Below are positions 1 to 12,926 of a stretch of 64,000 nucleotides of DNA, piece after piece (positions within the stretch are counted from its first letter, which is position 1; each line of letters starts with the position of its first letter). Position numbers and translations under genes: made by a program. The stretch is from Octopus sinensis (taxonomy: Eukaryota), in assembly GCF_006345805.1 (NCBI RefSeq), contig NC_043005.1, forward strand, positions 26,660,001 to 26,724,000, read 5' to 3'. The notes under the pieces are model-generated. The model was given only the letters and a program-made list of their open reading frames with translations. It did not search any database and was not told where the DNA came from.

Positions 1-14
1 AATAATTGTTGCAG

Positions 15-220
15 ATTTTGGCTCAAGATTAGCAATTAAGTAGGTCGGAGGTAAGTCGATTTTATCGATCTCAGTGCTCAACTGTTATTTTACTTTATCG
101 ATCGGAAATGATGAAAGGTAAAGTTGACCTCAGCCAAATTCGAACTCAGAATCTAAGGAGTTAGGATAAATACTGAAAGCGTCTATCCGATGCTCTAATG
201 ATTTTGACATTTTGCCACAT
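15..220 (-). mobile_element. Degenerate SINE family A copy
   Basis: Diverged reverse complement of family A body (gatgaaagg-aaagt-gacctc, gaactcagaa). Confidence 0.55.
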
Positions 221-504
221 TTTTAACGGCCTTTGATTTAGGCACAAATCCGGTAATGTATTTTGCTCTAATCATCCTTTATAGCCGATTCCGCAGTAAA
301 TGCAACATCTTTATATATAAATGTATTTAACATGAGAAATTTCGGAGTTTAACCTTCCTTTCAAGCACTGCTGTAAACAGCGGAAGTGAGTTAGAACATT
401 AAAACTTTGTGCTCAAACAAAGCAGGGTCTAAGGTAAATCTTTGCCAAGCGCCTTTACTCTACGTGCTTTAGCTTCGTTACTATAGCAACAGTCCGGATA
501 CTTA

Positions 505-703
505 ATGGTTTCAAATTTTGGCAGAAGAGCAACAGAAGAAGTAAGTCGATTACATTGATCCCCGGTGCTGAAATGGTACTTATTTTATCGACCTCGGAAT
601 GATGAAAGGCTAAGTCGACTTCGGTGGAATTTATGCTCCAAACGTAAAGAGAGAAAGAATGTCTCTCAGCATTTTGCATGCAAACGATTCTGTTTGCTCG
701 CAT
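505..703 (-). mobile_element. Degenerate SINE family A copy
   Basis: aagtcgattaca...tggtacttattttatcgacc...gatgaaaggctaagtcgac matches the reverse complement of family A. Confidence 0.6.
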
Positions 704-799
704 CTTTAATGTGTTGTTATATACTAAGGTCTAATATTTCCATTTATTTGTTGTATTTAAGTACAGTATTATAAATGCGTACGTGTCTGTTTATGTACA

Positions 800-842
<43 letters not shown>

Positions 843-1326
843 TAAACATGCACGCGCCTTTATTCTAGTTGTTCTGAAAACCATGAAAATACTTAATACT
901 ATAAGTGTGGTGACTAGGGTTTAAATAACTCATAACCGTGTTGATTTGAAAGTAATACAACGAGTCTAAACAAAGTAAATAGAGTGGATAATCAGCTGAC
1001 ATGTTTCCGGTTGTGATCTTTGAAAGTCTGTGAGAAGAGAGAATTTCGAAGAAGGCTCACCAGATCTATGACGTCCGAAAACTTACGATCTTTATCACTT
1101 AAGCCGCTTAGATAAATCTTACTGGTTTCAAAACCTGCTGAGGTGTACGTCCAAGCAAGTGAACGAAACTTTCATTGAAAGCATGTAGTCTATATTTATC
1201 CAACATAAATTCGCACATTCGCAAACACGTGCACTCACACGTATTTCTATATTTATATATTCGCGTACGCATGCGCCGCACGCACATGTACGTATACTCG
1301 GGCATACAGAACACACATATGTGTGT

Positions 1327-1366
<40 letters not shown>

Positions 1367-1543
1367 TTCGTGTTGTGCGTATATGCATACACACATGAGA
1401 TGCACATGAACACACGCACGCACTCGCAGCACATACACACACGTACACACACGTACACACATAGATATACAAACTTCAGAATCACTTAGAAAATGACTAT
1501 TTTTTAAAATCACACAACGAGAGATATTCAGCAACAGTACTTT

Positions 1544-1884
1544 GGAGTAAAGATTATTTGCCAACATAACATGGCAGTCCTGGTTTAGGACTAATGTTGC
1601 TATAATTTAGCCCCAGGAGACATTTCTCCAACTGGCTGTATGACATGATCTGTGTCCTTATATTTTCGAACAAGGGAATCTAGCACCATCACTCAGCTCA
1701 AAATCGCGATACACAGATAATGTTTTGTGCTGAGTTGGGGTTCTAGATTCCCTTGTTCGAAAATATAAGGACACAGATCATGTCGTATAGCCAGCTGGAG
1801 ACGATGTCTCCTGAGGCTAAATTACAGCAACATTCGTCCTAAACCAGGATTGCCATGTTGTGTTGGCAAAACAATCTTTACTCC
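1544..1884. mobile_element. Foldback/MITE-like element, almost entirely an inverted repeat (~165-bp arms)
   Basis: Left arm ggagtaaagattatttgccaacataacatggcagtcc... is the reverse complement of the right arm ...gccatgttgtgttggcaaaacaatctttactcc; TA follows the right end. Confidence 0.8.
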
Positions 1885-2727
1885 TACAGAATTACTTGTA
1901 AAATGCAATAAGATAAGCGGGGAAAGGGGCAACGAGAAAAATAAAGATATAAATGTATAAAATTGGACAAATCTCTATAAAATAATGATGTAATGATTTG
2001 GTATGGAGGATTACATGATAAGTTGAATGAAACAGGGAACTACGTTGAAGAATGACGATGTGAGAAGGAGTTGGATGCAAGAATTAACATCGATATTACA
2101 TACAGTTGTGTCATGCTGCGTGATAAAAAAGGATATTGCTTGATAAATGGATAACAGTAGAGTTTTACTTGATTTCTTTATTCGTGTCTGAGTTATTAAA
2201 TGCTCTTGGACACATTGTGTCCTACAGAATTCATGTATTTATTGCAAAATATTCTATCTGTTTCATGTTCAAATCGGCCAGATCCGGCAACTCACATTTA
2301 CCTTGCAATGACAATCTAAAAATAAACAATCGCATCATTGAAATCTCGAAGCTACGAGAAGATGCTTGCTTAATTTTAAATAATGTGAGTAAATAAGTAT
2401 TACATCTGAAAGATCAGTCTGAATATTACACCCTGAAAGCCTGCGGGCAACTGCTCTGTGTGCTCATGCATTTAAAGCGGTTCTGGATGTAAGCGCGAAC
2501 ACAAACGATGAGTTAGGAATGATTGGTCGAAGTTTTCTGGACTGCAGATATACAGTAGTATACCTGCAGTGGGCAGATATACAGTAGTATACCTGCAGTG
2601 GCTTAATCGATCGCTGCAGGACTAGAGTAAACATTTGAAATTTGTGTAAATGCACATTTTAAATGTGAGGGATCGTGTGTGACCGAGCTGAGATTGTAAA
2701 ATGTTTCAGATAATATTATTTCAAAGA

Positions 2728-2946
2728 GCGGCGAGCAGGCAGAATCGTTAGCATGCCGGGCGAAATATTTAGCGGTATTTCGTCTGTCATTACATTCTAA
2801 GTTCAAATTCCGCCGGGGGTCTACTTTGCTTTTCATTCTTTTGGGGTCGATAAATTAAGTACCAGTTGCGTACTGGGGTAGATCTAATCGACTGACCCCT
2901 CCCCCAAAGATTTCGGGCCTTGTGCATAGTGGTAGAAAAGAATATT
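2728..2946 (+). mobile_element. tRNA-derived SINE family A, short-tail type (resembles octopus OK-type SINE from memory, unverified)
   Basis: Head gcggcgagcaggcagaatcg, B-box-like agttcaaattcc, body gtcgataaattaagtaccagtt, tail cccctcccccaaagatttcgggccttgtgc...agaaaagaatatt; many copies in the window. Confidence 0.85.
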
Positions 2947-2979
2947 GTTTCGATTCCAGTATTGGTATGGAGTGCAAAA

Positions 2980-5100
2980 CCGACCTAAAGCTGTGTGCTG
3001 ATAAAGCTGATGGCCAACTTGAACATGTGTCGGTCAACGACTGGAAGCAATGAATGGTCAAAAGAAGTATTAAGCCAAAATGCTGGGGAATGAGGGAATC
3101 GCTCAGTACGTGACCTGCGGCAGTGAAAGAGCGAAAGAGTCAGAATGGCGAGAGGAATACGGATGAAAATATTAGCGAGGATAGATTGCAGATGGTACAT
3201 GCACAATTTACTAGCTTAGCCATTCTTTCTGCGAAAATATGAATACAGAGACAAGATTCTGTGAGCCAGTGGTGCAATGTTTTCGTTATTATTATTCATG
3301 AAGTAGTATCCTCAGATTTTGTTATGTCTCGTGGTTGCAACGACTTCGAGTGCTTTAGTTATCTTTTGGTTCATGTGTTCAAAGGCAGTCTGAAATGCAA
3401 GACTATTTCTTGGTCTCAGTTGTGTATAGTCACTTTGTCTCGTATATTTGGTGGATATTAGGTTGATATAATTCCATTAGGGGTTGCTTAGTTTACAAAA
3501 GTGTCTGCTTTTGGAAGTGGTTTACATATGGCTGGAGGTCAGATTGATAGATCGGTTATTTAGCAATGAATACATAGATGTCTATGAAGATGGAAATTGG
3601 GAACGATTAAGGTGTTATGTGAAGTGAAAAGCTTGATCTGAGAGCAATATCGTCTGGATGGGCAATCGGCATTGTTTCTGTACCAGAATGTGTTGTGTGC
3701 ATCATTATGAAAACATCGTTATTAGAGGGTCTAATTATGCGAAGCAGTTGATGAGATACTTTTAATGATGTTTGTACGTTTCGTTTAACTGCTTTTCAGT
3801 TAAATACCTGTGTTTCTCGTGTGTTGTTTTCTAACAGCTTTCGAATGTGGTCTGTATTTTTTGCGCACTGGATGCATGACAGTGTATGTACTACTTACCG
3901 TAATACGCACAACAGATGTAGATATAGGACATTCGCGTGGACATCATATGGATTTGCGTATTTTCTATTGCCTAATTACACTGGGGATGACATATGTAAC
4001 GAGCTGGGGAGATTTGGGGAGCGTCTACGATCTACTGTCTATCATCTTTTTAAAAGGAAGGGCAAACAAGATGGTAACTGGAGGATGGTTCCGATATAGT
4101 GACTGAAGTAAAACAGGTAACGGAAAGAAGAGATTTTTGTAGGAATTTGGATTTCTGTGAAAACGAGCAGAAAATGTCACCATATTTGCAGGAGTACAAT
4201 CTATACTTGAGAAATAGCGGATGGATAAAAGATAAAAACCTACTTTGAAAAATTGTTAGAGATGATTCCTAAGCGTATTGTGAATCAAGAGAGCTTGTAG
4301 TTGGTAACGTGGTGATTTTCTTGTTAACTCTAACACCAATCCTCCAACAATTGTAGATAGTGGCCTTTGCCTGCATTCCTGCGGCTCATCTCGCATGACG
4401 TCTGATGGGAGTTATCAGATTTTCTTGTGTGATATATGAACATAACTTGAATGATAGCTTCAGTGATCTTTGTTGCTTTGAATAATACGAGAAGGAAACA
4501 CATTTCTTGCTTAGAGTTGGATAGCATAAAACTGGTTGGAGTCTGATATTTTAACTGGTTTGAAATATTAGAAAATTCGAAATTCGGTGGATGGATAGGG
4601 TTTTTTTTGTAGTAGAAAGATGTGTTGCTCTGAGATGACATTGGTCACTCAGATGGGAAAATAAGCGGTTATTGCTGGGTAAATGCTGGAACTGGCAGTG
4701 ACAAAGAGGAAGAGAGTGTTTGCAGAGTTTGTGTTGGGTATCTTTGTTGTGTATACGTATAGGTGATGATAATAACTGGAGCATGGAGATCAGCGTACCA
4801 CACGATTAATCTCACTTCTAGGCAGTGTTGATATGTAGGTAGTGCAAGAACAAGGGTGACATATCGCAGAGGCTGATTACAAGAGAGAGTGAGAGAGAGA
4901 GAGAGAGAGATGCGTGAGTGAGAAATAAAGTGGTATAGACATCCTCAATTCAAGAGATAGTTGAACAGTTGCTGGTGGCTGAGATGTTAGAAGAGCGAGA
5001 GAAATGTTAGATGAAATTATACAAATGGTTAGGAGAAACTTTAAGCCAGAACAACCGAATAAATTAGTTTGTAATGTCTAGAGGTCCAGAGGCGACCGGC
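2980..5100 (-). mobile_element. Probable heavily decayed LINE (CR1/L2/Jockey-like) remnant
   Basis: Non-repetitive block with fragmentary minus-strand peptides; RSRTERFPHSPAFWLNTSF...MFKLAIS resembles LINE ORF2 C-termini. No intact RT motif found. Confidence 0.3.
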
Positions 5101-5229
5101 AAGGGCTAGCGGATTTTATGTCAGAGTAGATTAATTTTCGGAGTAGAATTTGTACCTGAACAGCAATGATGAATTAGAGATAAACGATAAAAGATTTGCT
5201 TTTCATAGAAATTTAAAAACATTCACATA

Positions 5230-6100
5230 GGCGCAGGAGTGGCTGTGTGGTAAGTAGCTTGCCTACCAACCACATGGTTCCGGGTTCAGTCCCACTGCGT
5301 GGCATCTTGGACAAGAGTCTTCTACTATAGCCTCGGGCCGACCAAAGCCTTGTGAGTGGATTTGGTAGACGGAAACTGAAAGAAGCCCGTCGTATATATG
5401 TATATATATATATATATATACTAGCAGTATCGCCCGGCGTTGCTCAGGTTTGTAAGGGAAATAACTATAAAGCATTTTTAGAGAGTTATAGCCAAAAAAT
5501 AGCAAAAAAATGGGAAAAAATGATGGTAAATTTTTTTTGAGAGTAAAAAAAGGTGGAGTTGCGTCCCCTAGACAGTTTGCGGTTTGTGTTTCTGATTCTC
5601 GACCCCATATCGAATTTATCGATTTTTTTCAGAACTGGGGGAACTTTTCAAAATTTTCGCTGCGTTAGTTTTGAATTATGACATTGGGCTATGTGTGTGT
5701 CAAGTTTCATCAGAATCGGTTGAAAGCCGTGGTCAGGGTGAGGGTACAAGCAAACAGACACACAGAAACACGCACAGACAAACTGCCGTTTATATATAGA
5801 GAGATATATATGTGTGTGCGTGTATGTTTGTGCGTGTATGTTTGTGCGTGTATGTTTGTGCGTGTATGTTTGTGCGTGTATGTTTGTGTGTCTGTGTTTG
5901 TCCCTCGCATTGCTTGACAACCGATGCTGGTGTGTTTACGTCCCCGTCACTTAGCGGTTCGGCAAAAGAGACCGATAGAATAAGTACTGGGCTTACAAAG
6001 AATAAGTCCCGGGGTCGAGTTGATGGACTAAAGGCGGTTCTCCAGCATGGCCGCAGTCAAATGACTGAAACAAGTAAAAGAGTAAAAGAGTAAAAGAGTA
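5230..6100 (+). mobile_element. tRNA-derived SINE family B (CORE-like; resembles octopus OR-type SINE from memory), interrupted by a Helitron
   Basis: Head ggcgcaggagtggctgtgtgg...ggttccgggttcagtccc, central gcaagtgtcttctactatagcc-like block, internal (TA)/(TG) tract, 3' block ending in (GTAAAAGA)n. Confidence 0.9.
5421..5804 (-). mobile_element. Non-autonomous Helitron inserted in the (TA)n tract of a SINE B
   Basis: Minus strand begins A|TCTCTCTATATATAAA and ends cctgagcaacgccgggcgatactgCTAG|T; A|T insertion, no TSD, 3' GC hairpin before CTAG are established Helitron hallmarks. Confidence 0.75.
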
Positions 6101-6999
6101 TACGCACATACATACACGTATATACATATGCACACGCACGCACGCACATACGCAACACACACACACACACATTTATTGAAGTTATAAGAATATACAAACT
6201 TTCGAGAGAACCCGGAATAATTCTTTCTGGGGATTGGATCTCGAAGTACATATTGTTGCAATTATGCAAAAGCGACCTAAGTCCAAAACGTTGCTTTTTC
6301 AGAAAAAAAAAAGTCTCACCATTCTATAGCAAAACCGATGTTCTATACTTAGATAATATTTTATATCTTGGCATCTGAAGCAGCTGGAGATACGATAGTT
6401 TGGCCGAAAGAAGCGGCTATTGCAAGCAAAAATAAAATTGAAAAAACTCCATTTGGCCAAATTTGGACATACGATAGTTTGACATAATAGCAACGGAAAA
6501 GCTATAAATAATACCATCCAAACGTTGGGTAGAAAAACCGTTTTAGATGGAAAAAACAAATCGGTGGCTCCTTGAACTCCAATCTCAATTTGTTTCTATC
6601 CAAAATGTTTTTTCTAACCAATATTATTTACATGACTATTGCTTATAGCTCTATATGTACTTCGAAATCCAATTCCAAAAATTTATCCCATGTCAGTTTA
6701 AACATTCTTTTGACGTCAGCAACATGCAATACTCGCTGATAAGAATAAACTTTCTAGAATAGATAGATACGTTTTAGAATAGATCCATTCTTTTACACTG
6801 TCACGTCTACAGAAGATGTGGGTCCGAGCTCAACAACCAGCCTGTGAATTTTTCTATCCCAAAGGATTTTTCAACCCAATATTTACATACTTTTATTTAT
6901 AGCTTTATGTGCTTCGAGATCAAATTCCCAAAAAGATAGATATTAATCTTCGTTTTTATGAAAAAATCATTGAATAACTTATTTATTTAAATTGATATC

Positions 7000-7030
<31 letters not shown>

Positions 7031-7059
7031 CTAATATATATATATATATTTTTTTTTTT

Positions 7060-7108
7060 GTACTTGTTTCAGTCATTTGACTGCGGCCATGCTGGAGCAC
7101 CGCTTTTA
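7060..7108 (-). mobile_element. 3' terminal fragment of SINE family B
   Basis: tacttgtttcagtcatttgactgcggccatgctggagcaccgc is the reverse complement of the B tail. Confidence 0.7.
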
Positions 7109-7270
7109 GAGTGGTGAAAGAGTACAGCAGGGATCACCACCACCATCCCTGGCGGAGCCTCGTGGAGCTTTTAGGTATTTTCGCTCAATAAACACACACA
7201 ACGCCCGGTCTGGGAATCGAAACCGCGATCCTCCGACCGCAAGTCCGCTGCCCTAACCACTAGGCCATTA
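7109..7270 (-). mobile_element. 5' half of tRNA-derived SINE family C
   Basis: Minus strand tggcctagtgg (A box) ... ggtttcgattccc (B box); homologous to 40467-40750. Confidence 0.8.
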
Positions 7271-7293
7271 TATATATATATATAACGAATCTA

Positions 7294-7411
<118 letters not shown>

Positions 7412-7655
7412 CATATATACATATATACATATACACGCATACACATATACCTATTTAGTGTTGATTGTCGGAAGAAAGAGTAGTCGGAACTCAAGTTTCG
7501 CTCGTGGGCGCACAAGGTCTTCAGGCACGTCATAACTTGCATCAAGACCCTGAACACCTACTAACGAAACTCGGAGTAAGAAAAAGAAGCTGACTTTATC
7601 AAAAAACATACATACACACACACACTCACACACATACATACATACACACACCACA

Positions 7656-7739
<84 letters not shown>

Positions 7740-8266
7740 TATATTATATATATGTGTGTATATATAAGTGTTGTATATATAAAGTTCTCTAGAATTATTT
7801 TCCATTGAAATCTAAATAGTTTGCACAATTATTCTTCAATTCAATCGTAAATATATTCAGAATATTGTAGAAGGTGTGAATATATCTATATTAATGAAAA
7901 TTCTATTCTTTAAAAGACTAGAAATAGAAATATTGCGTGCTTCATATGAATGGATTTAATTTTCAATTCATTTCTATTTACAATAGTGAAACAAATCGAC
8001 AGAAGACAGAAGTTTAGTGAGAGAATTCTGGTTGTCTTACTAGTAGTATTTGGTAAATGGTTGGGTGACGTAAGAAGCAGCATATAGCGATAAAGAAATA
8101 GAGAAAAAAAGAGAGAGAAGCTGAGACTGAATGAAACGAAAATGGAACAAGTCACAAGACATGGAAGTCGAAAGAACGAAGAAGTAAGCGAGGAAAGACG
8201 AACACTTTTGCATTGCTGTATATACATATGTATACATATATATGTATATACAGACGCATATATCTC

Positions 8267-8364
<98 letters not shown>

Positions 8365-9019
8365 TACATGCATGAATATATTTGAGTATGTGTGCATGTA
8401 TGACGTGGTTTATTTCGATTGGTTGTTAAAATTCAGGTGATTGCAAATGCCCACCAATGAACGATAAAATCTGGAAACGATTGTGAATGAATGAAAGACT
8501 GAATGAATATCCACTAACATAACAACAACGTAACAATTGTAGCCGCGCGTTTCCACAGACACTACGCACTGACTTACGTATTAACTGTTGCAATCTCCAG
8601 CCAGCATATTGCACACATGTCTTTGACTATTCGACTGTTTGACCGACTAAATGTCTTCGATTCCTATCACTCTCTCTTCCTCTACCCCCTCTTACTAAAT
8701 TCCAACATATCTGAAACAATAAATCCTCTTCCAACAACACTTGTCCTCCTCTATCTACTTAACCATGTATATATCTAAATATTTCTTTAATAATTCTCTA
8801 CTTTCACTTTCGGTTTTGCTTTCTATCAATCTTTCTGTTGTGGTTGTATGGCAGCTGTAGTTGTTCTTGTTGTTGTAGTTTTGGTGGTAGTTCTACTTGC
8901 ATTTGTCGTCATGGTGGTGGCTTATTGCCGTGATGATGATGATGATGATGGCTGTCGTGGTGGTGGTAGTCATAGTGGTTTCTGTTGCTGCTTATATATC
9001 TGTCTAACTCCTTAAATTA

Positions 9020-9036
9020 CCCTTGTATATCTGTCT

Positions 9037-9085
<49 letters not shown>

Positions 9086-9258
9086 ATCTATCTATCTATC
9101 TATCTAGTAATAGATATATATATATATATATATATATACATTACACCATCTCCCTGGCTGTCTGTTTCCTCTTCTCTCTCCCTTCCCAACTGTTCCCCAT
9201 ATATATATTATATATATATATATATATCTATATATATAATATATATATACATATATAC

Positions 9259-9312
<54 letters not shown>

Positions 9313-9335
9313 ATATAAAATATATATTATATATA
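9020..9335. repeat. Compound (TCTA)n/(TA)n microsatellite
   Basis: Direct reading. Confidence 0.9.
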
Positions 9336-9574
9336 CACAAACATGCTGGTAGGTAGATAGCTAGAGAAAGAGATCGACAGATAGATAGCTGGTAGGTGTA
9401 ATATATATATATATATGCATATATCAATATGTGTGAATATATGCGTGTATGTATGTAGGTGTGTGGGGGTATGTGTGTGTACCCCCCGTTTTCTGGGATG
9501 ACATCATTACCAAACGAATTGACGTCAAACGAATGCTTAAGTTCACAACTTGCTTTTCTTTTGTTTAGTTATCT

Positions 9575-9710
9575 TATTATCATTATTATAACCATTATTA
9601 TTATTGTTGTTATTATTATTATTATTATTATCATTATTATTATTATTACTATTGTTATTATTATTATTATTATTATATTATAATTATTACTATTATTATT
9701 ATTATTATCA

Positions 9711-9741
<31 letters not shown>

Positions 9742-9765
9742 TATTATTATTATTATTATTAATTT
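9575..9765. repeat. (ATT)n microsatellite
   Basis: Direct reading. Confidence 0.95.
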
Positions 9766-10064
9766 TATTCATTCGCCACATCCTTCTTCCCCACCACTCG
9801 CACCACACGCAGCATCCTTAATAATTTAGTGAAAACCTATGCGTTTATTATAGAAATCAGATGACAGAAGTTTCTTGCCTCCCACTCTCGTCTTCTTTCT
9901 CTCCCACCTCAATATCTCTCCTTCTATTTCTCACTTCGTCTGCCTCTCACCTTGTCTTTCTTTCCAGCCCCCACCAACCTCTCTCTCTACACACATATAT
10001 ATATATATATATACGTCTATAGTTTTGTATCTTCTCTTTTTCTTCCTCACATTCTAACTTCTCC

Positions 10065-10111
<47 letters not shown>

Positions 10112-10440
10112 ATGCACACACATCCTTTCCACACGCTATTCCAACGATCGTCACCCAATATTCATTGACAGAACAAGTAGTTCTATTACAAATATCTAGA
10201 ATTCATATTCTCTCGTACACGTCTCCGAATACAACTTACGGTCTATGGTCGATAGTACGTAAAGCATATAAACAGACGTTTAGACACAAACGTATGCATA
10301 CACACACACACGCGCACACACACCACACGCATACACAGACACACACACTCTGACATACACACACGCTCTCACATATACAGAACTCATAACACACATGTGA
10401 TCTAACACTAAAACACATATTCATACATACACTTTCATTT

Positions 10441-10679
10441 ACCTGTTTCAGTCATTTGACTGCAGCAAATCGACCAGAGGACCTATTCTTTGCCAGTCAA
10501 GTACTTATTCTATCGGCCTATTTTGCCGAACCGCTAAGTTACGGGGACGTAAACACACCAACATCGGTTGTCAAGCCCTGATGGGGGGGACATACACAGA
10601 CACTCAAATACATACATACATACATACATACATACATACATACATACATACTACATACATATATATATATATATATATA

Positions 10680-10730
<51 letters not shown>

Positions 10731-10915
10731 GTATATAAAATGTATATATATACGTGGGGCTTCTTTCAGTTTCCGTCTGCCAAATCCACTCACAAGGCTT
10801 TGGTCGGCCCGAGGCTATAGTAGATGACACCCAAGGTGCCATGTAGTGGAACTGAATCCGAGACCATGTGGTTGGGAAGCAAGCTTCTTATCACACAGCC
10901 ACGCTGCCTGCGCCT
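10441..10915 (-). mobile_element. SINE family B with expanded internal (CATA)n/(TA)n
   Basis: Reverse complement of B head ends cctgcgcct at 10915; tail cctgtttcagtcatttgactgc at 10442; deletion in the 3' block. Confidence 0.9.
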
Positions 10916-10999
10916 ATACATACTTAATACATGCATAGTTCTCACGTAACACGAAAACAAAAAAAAACGAAAACAAAGAGAAATTTAGAGATGAGCTGT

Positions 11000-11460
11000 G
11001 TTGTTGAAAACGGTGAATGAATTTGTTAGTTGTGAGAAGAGTCGGGCTCATTTTCTTCAGATAGGGCGCTCCAATTTTGGCTTAGGGCCTTTTTTCTTTG
11101 ATTGAAGCACATTGTTTTGGAAAGGTAATTTTTTTTTCGATTAAAGAAATGTTACCTCGCGTAAGGGTGTTTTCCTTTGAGCAAGAATTTTTTAGCGTCT
11201 TCGGCAGCAAGAACGTTCTTCTTTGGTTCTAAGACTTTTCATTAAGCAAGAGCAATTTCTTCAAGAAGGGACATCTCTTTCCAGTAGCGCCCTCTCTCTC
11301 TTACACTCACTTTATTTCGTGGAGGTCATATTATTGTTGAAAGTACCGATTGTCATCTGATCATCAAAGGTATCTTTCCTGGGATACAGTGAGGAACGGA
11401 TGCACCAGATTCTGGAGACGTGGCTGTGAGGGAAACTATGGGTGACAACTTTCAGTAAAA
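11000..11460 (-). mobile_element. Decayed L1/Tx1-like LINE ORF2 fragment (end of AP endonuclease)
   Basis: Minus strand reads RGRYWKEMSLLEE, matching the GxGYWKxNxSLL motif of L1/Tx1 ORF2, followed by a stop-ridden K-rich linker. Confidence 0.45.
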
Positions 11461-11482
11461 AAGTAAATTTGTGTAAAGTGAT

Positions 11483-12533
11483 ATCTCCCAGCCATATTCT
11501 AGTTTTCTCCCAGCCATAATCTAGTTATCTGCCAGCCATAATCTAGTTATCTCCCAGCCATAATCTAGTTATCTCCTAGCCATAATCTTGTTATCTCCCA
11601 GTCATAATCTAATTATTTCCCGGGCATAATCTAGTTATTTCCCAGCCACGATCTAGTTACTTCCCGGCCATAATCTAGTTATCTCCTGCCATAATCTAGT
11701 TATCTCTCAGCCATAATCTAGTTATCTTCCGCCATAATCTAGTTATGTCCCAGCCATAATCTAATTATCTCCTGCCATAATCTAGTTATCTCCCAGCTAT
11801 AATCTAGTTATCTCCCAGCCATAATCTAGTTATGTCCTGCCATGATCTAGTTTTCTCCCAGCCATAATTTAGTTATCTCCCGCCATAATCTAGTTATCTC
11901 CCAACCATAATCTAGTTAGCTTCCAGCCATAATCTAGTTTTCTCCCAGCCATAATCTCGTTTTCTCCCAGCCAAAATCTAGTTATCTCCCAGCCATAATC
12001 TAGTTATGTCCCAGCCATGATCTAGTTTTCTCCCAGCCATAATCTAGTTATCTCCCAGCCATAATCTAGTTATCTCCCAGCCATAATCTAGTTATCGCCT
12101 AGCTATAATCTAGTTATCTCCCAACTATAATCTAGTTATCTCCCAGCCATAATCTAGTTATTTCCCAGCCACAATTTAGTTATCTCCCGCCATAATCTAG
12201 TTATCTCCCAACCATAATCTAGTTAGCTTCCAGCCATAATCTAGTTTTCTCCCAGCCATAATCTCGTTTTCTCCCAGCCAAAATCTAGTTATCTCCCAGC
12301 CATAATCTAGTTATGTCCCAGCCATGATCTAGTTTTCTCCCAGCCATAATCTAGTTATCTCCCAGCCATAATCTAGTTATCTCCCAGCCATAATCTAGTT
12401 ATCCCCTAGCTATAATCTAGTTATCTCCCAACTATAATCTAGTTATCTCCCAGCCATAATCTAGTTATCTCCCAGCCATAATCTAGTTATTTCCCAGCCA
12501 TAATCTAGTTATCTCCCAGCCATAATCTAGTTA
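11483..12533. repeat. 22-bp minisatellite (CCAGCCATAATCTAGTTATCTC)n, about 48 units, with higher-order structure
   Basis: Direct reading; variant units recur at a 307-bp spacing. Confidence 0.95.
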
Positions 12534-12926
12534 ATATTTTTGGATTTTCTAAAATGCATTTTATTTCTGCATGGGATATTGTATTTTTATTTCGTTTTAT
12601 ATGAAAATAAGCCCTAAAATCTTGTAGAGCTTTAAGGACCACGCCATTCAGTGTATCATTTTTCTAAAGACAAATTTGATGGAGCTTTAATTACTATTTT
12701 TAGCGGACGAATTGCTCACATTGAACTGTTCTGGGTAATAATGATGTTCACCTGGGGACGGTAATATGTTCTTAGGTTAACCCAATCCACTTCACGTATG
12801 GTAATAATATTCGTCAGAGGAAATATTCATACACCATGGACACATTTCTTCGGCAGCCAAGAAGGAAAATATGAGGCATAAAATGTAAGGAAAGATAATT
12901 ATAGCAAGCATTTTCTGTGAGTTCAT

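Noticed and set aside
1000-1180. Two hammerhead-like remnants (CUGGUGA on minus, CUGCUGA on plus)
   Set aside because: Core substitutions plus broken stems or a missing cleavage triplet; too decayed to call.
11483-12533. Regular short repeats as a CRISPR array or coding repeat
   Set aside because: No unique spacers, eukaryotic context, and a 22-bp unit with stops in the shifting frames.
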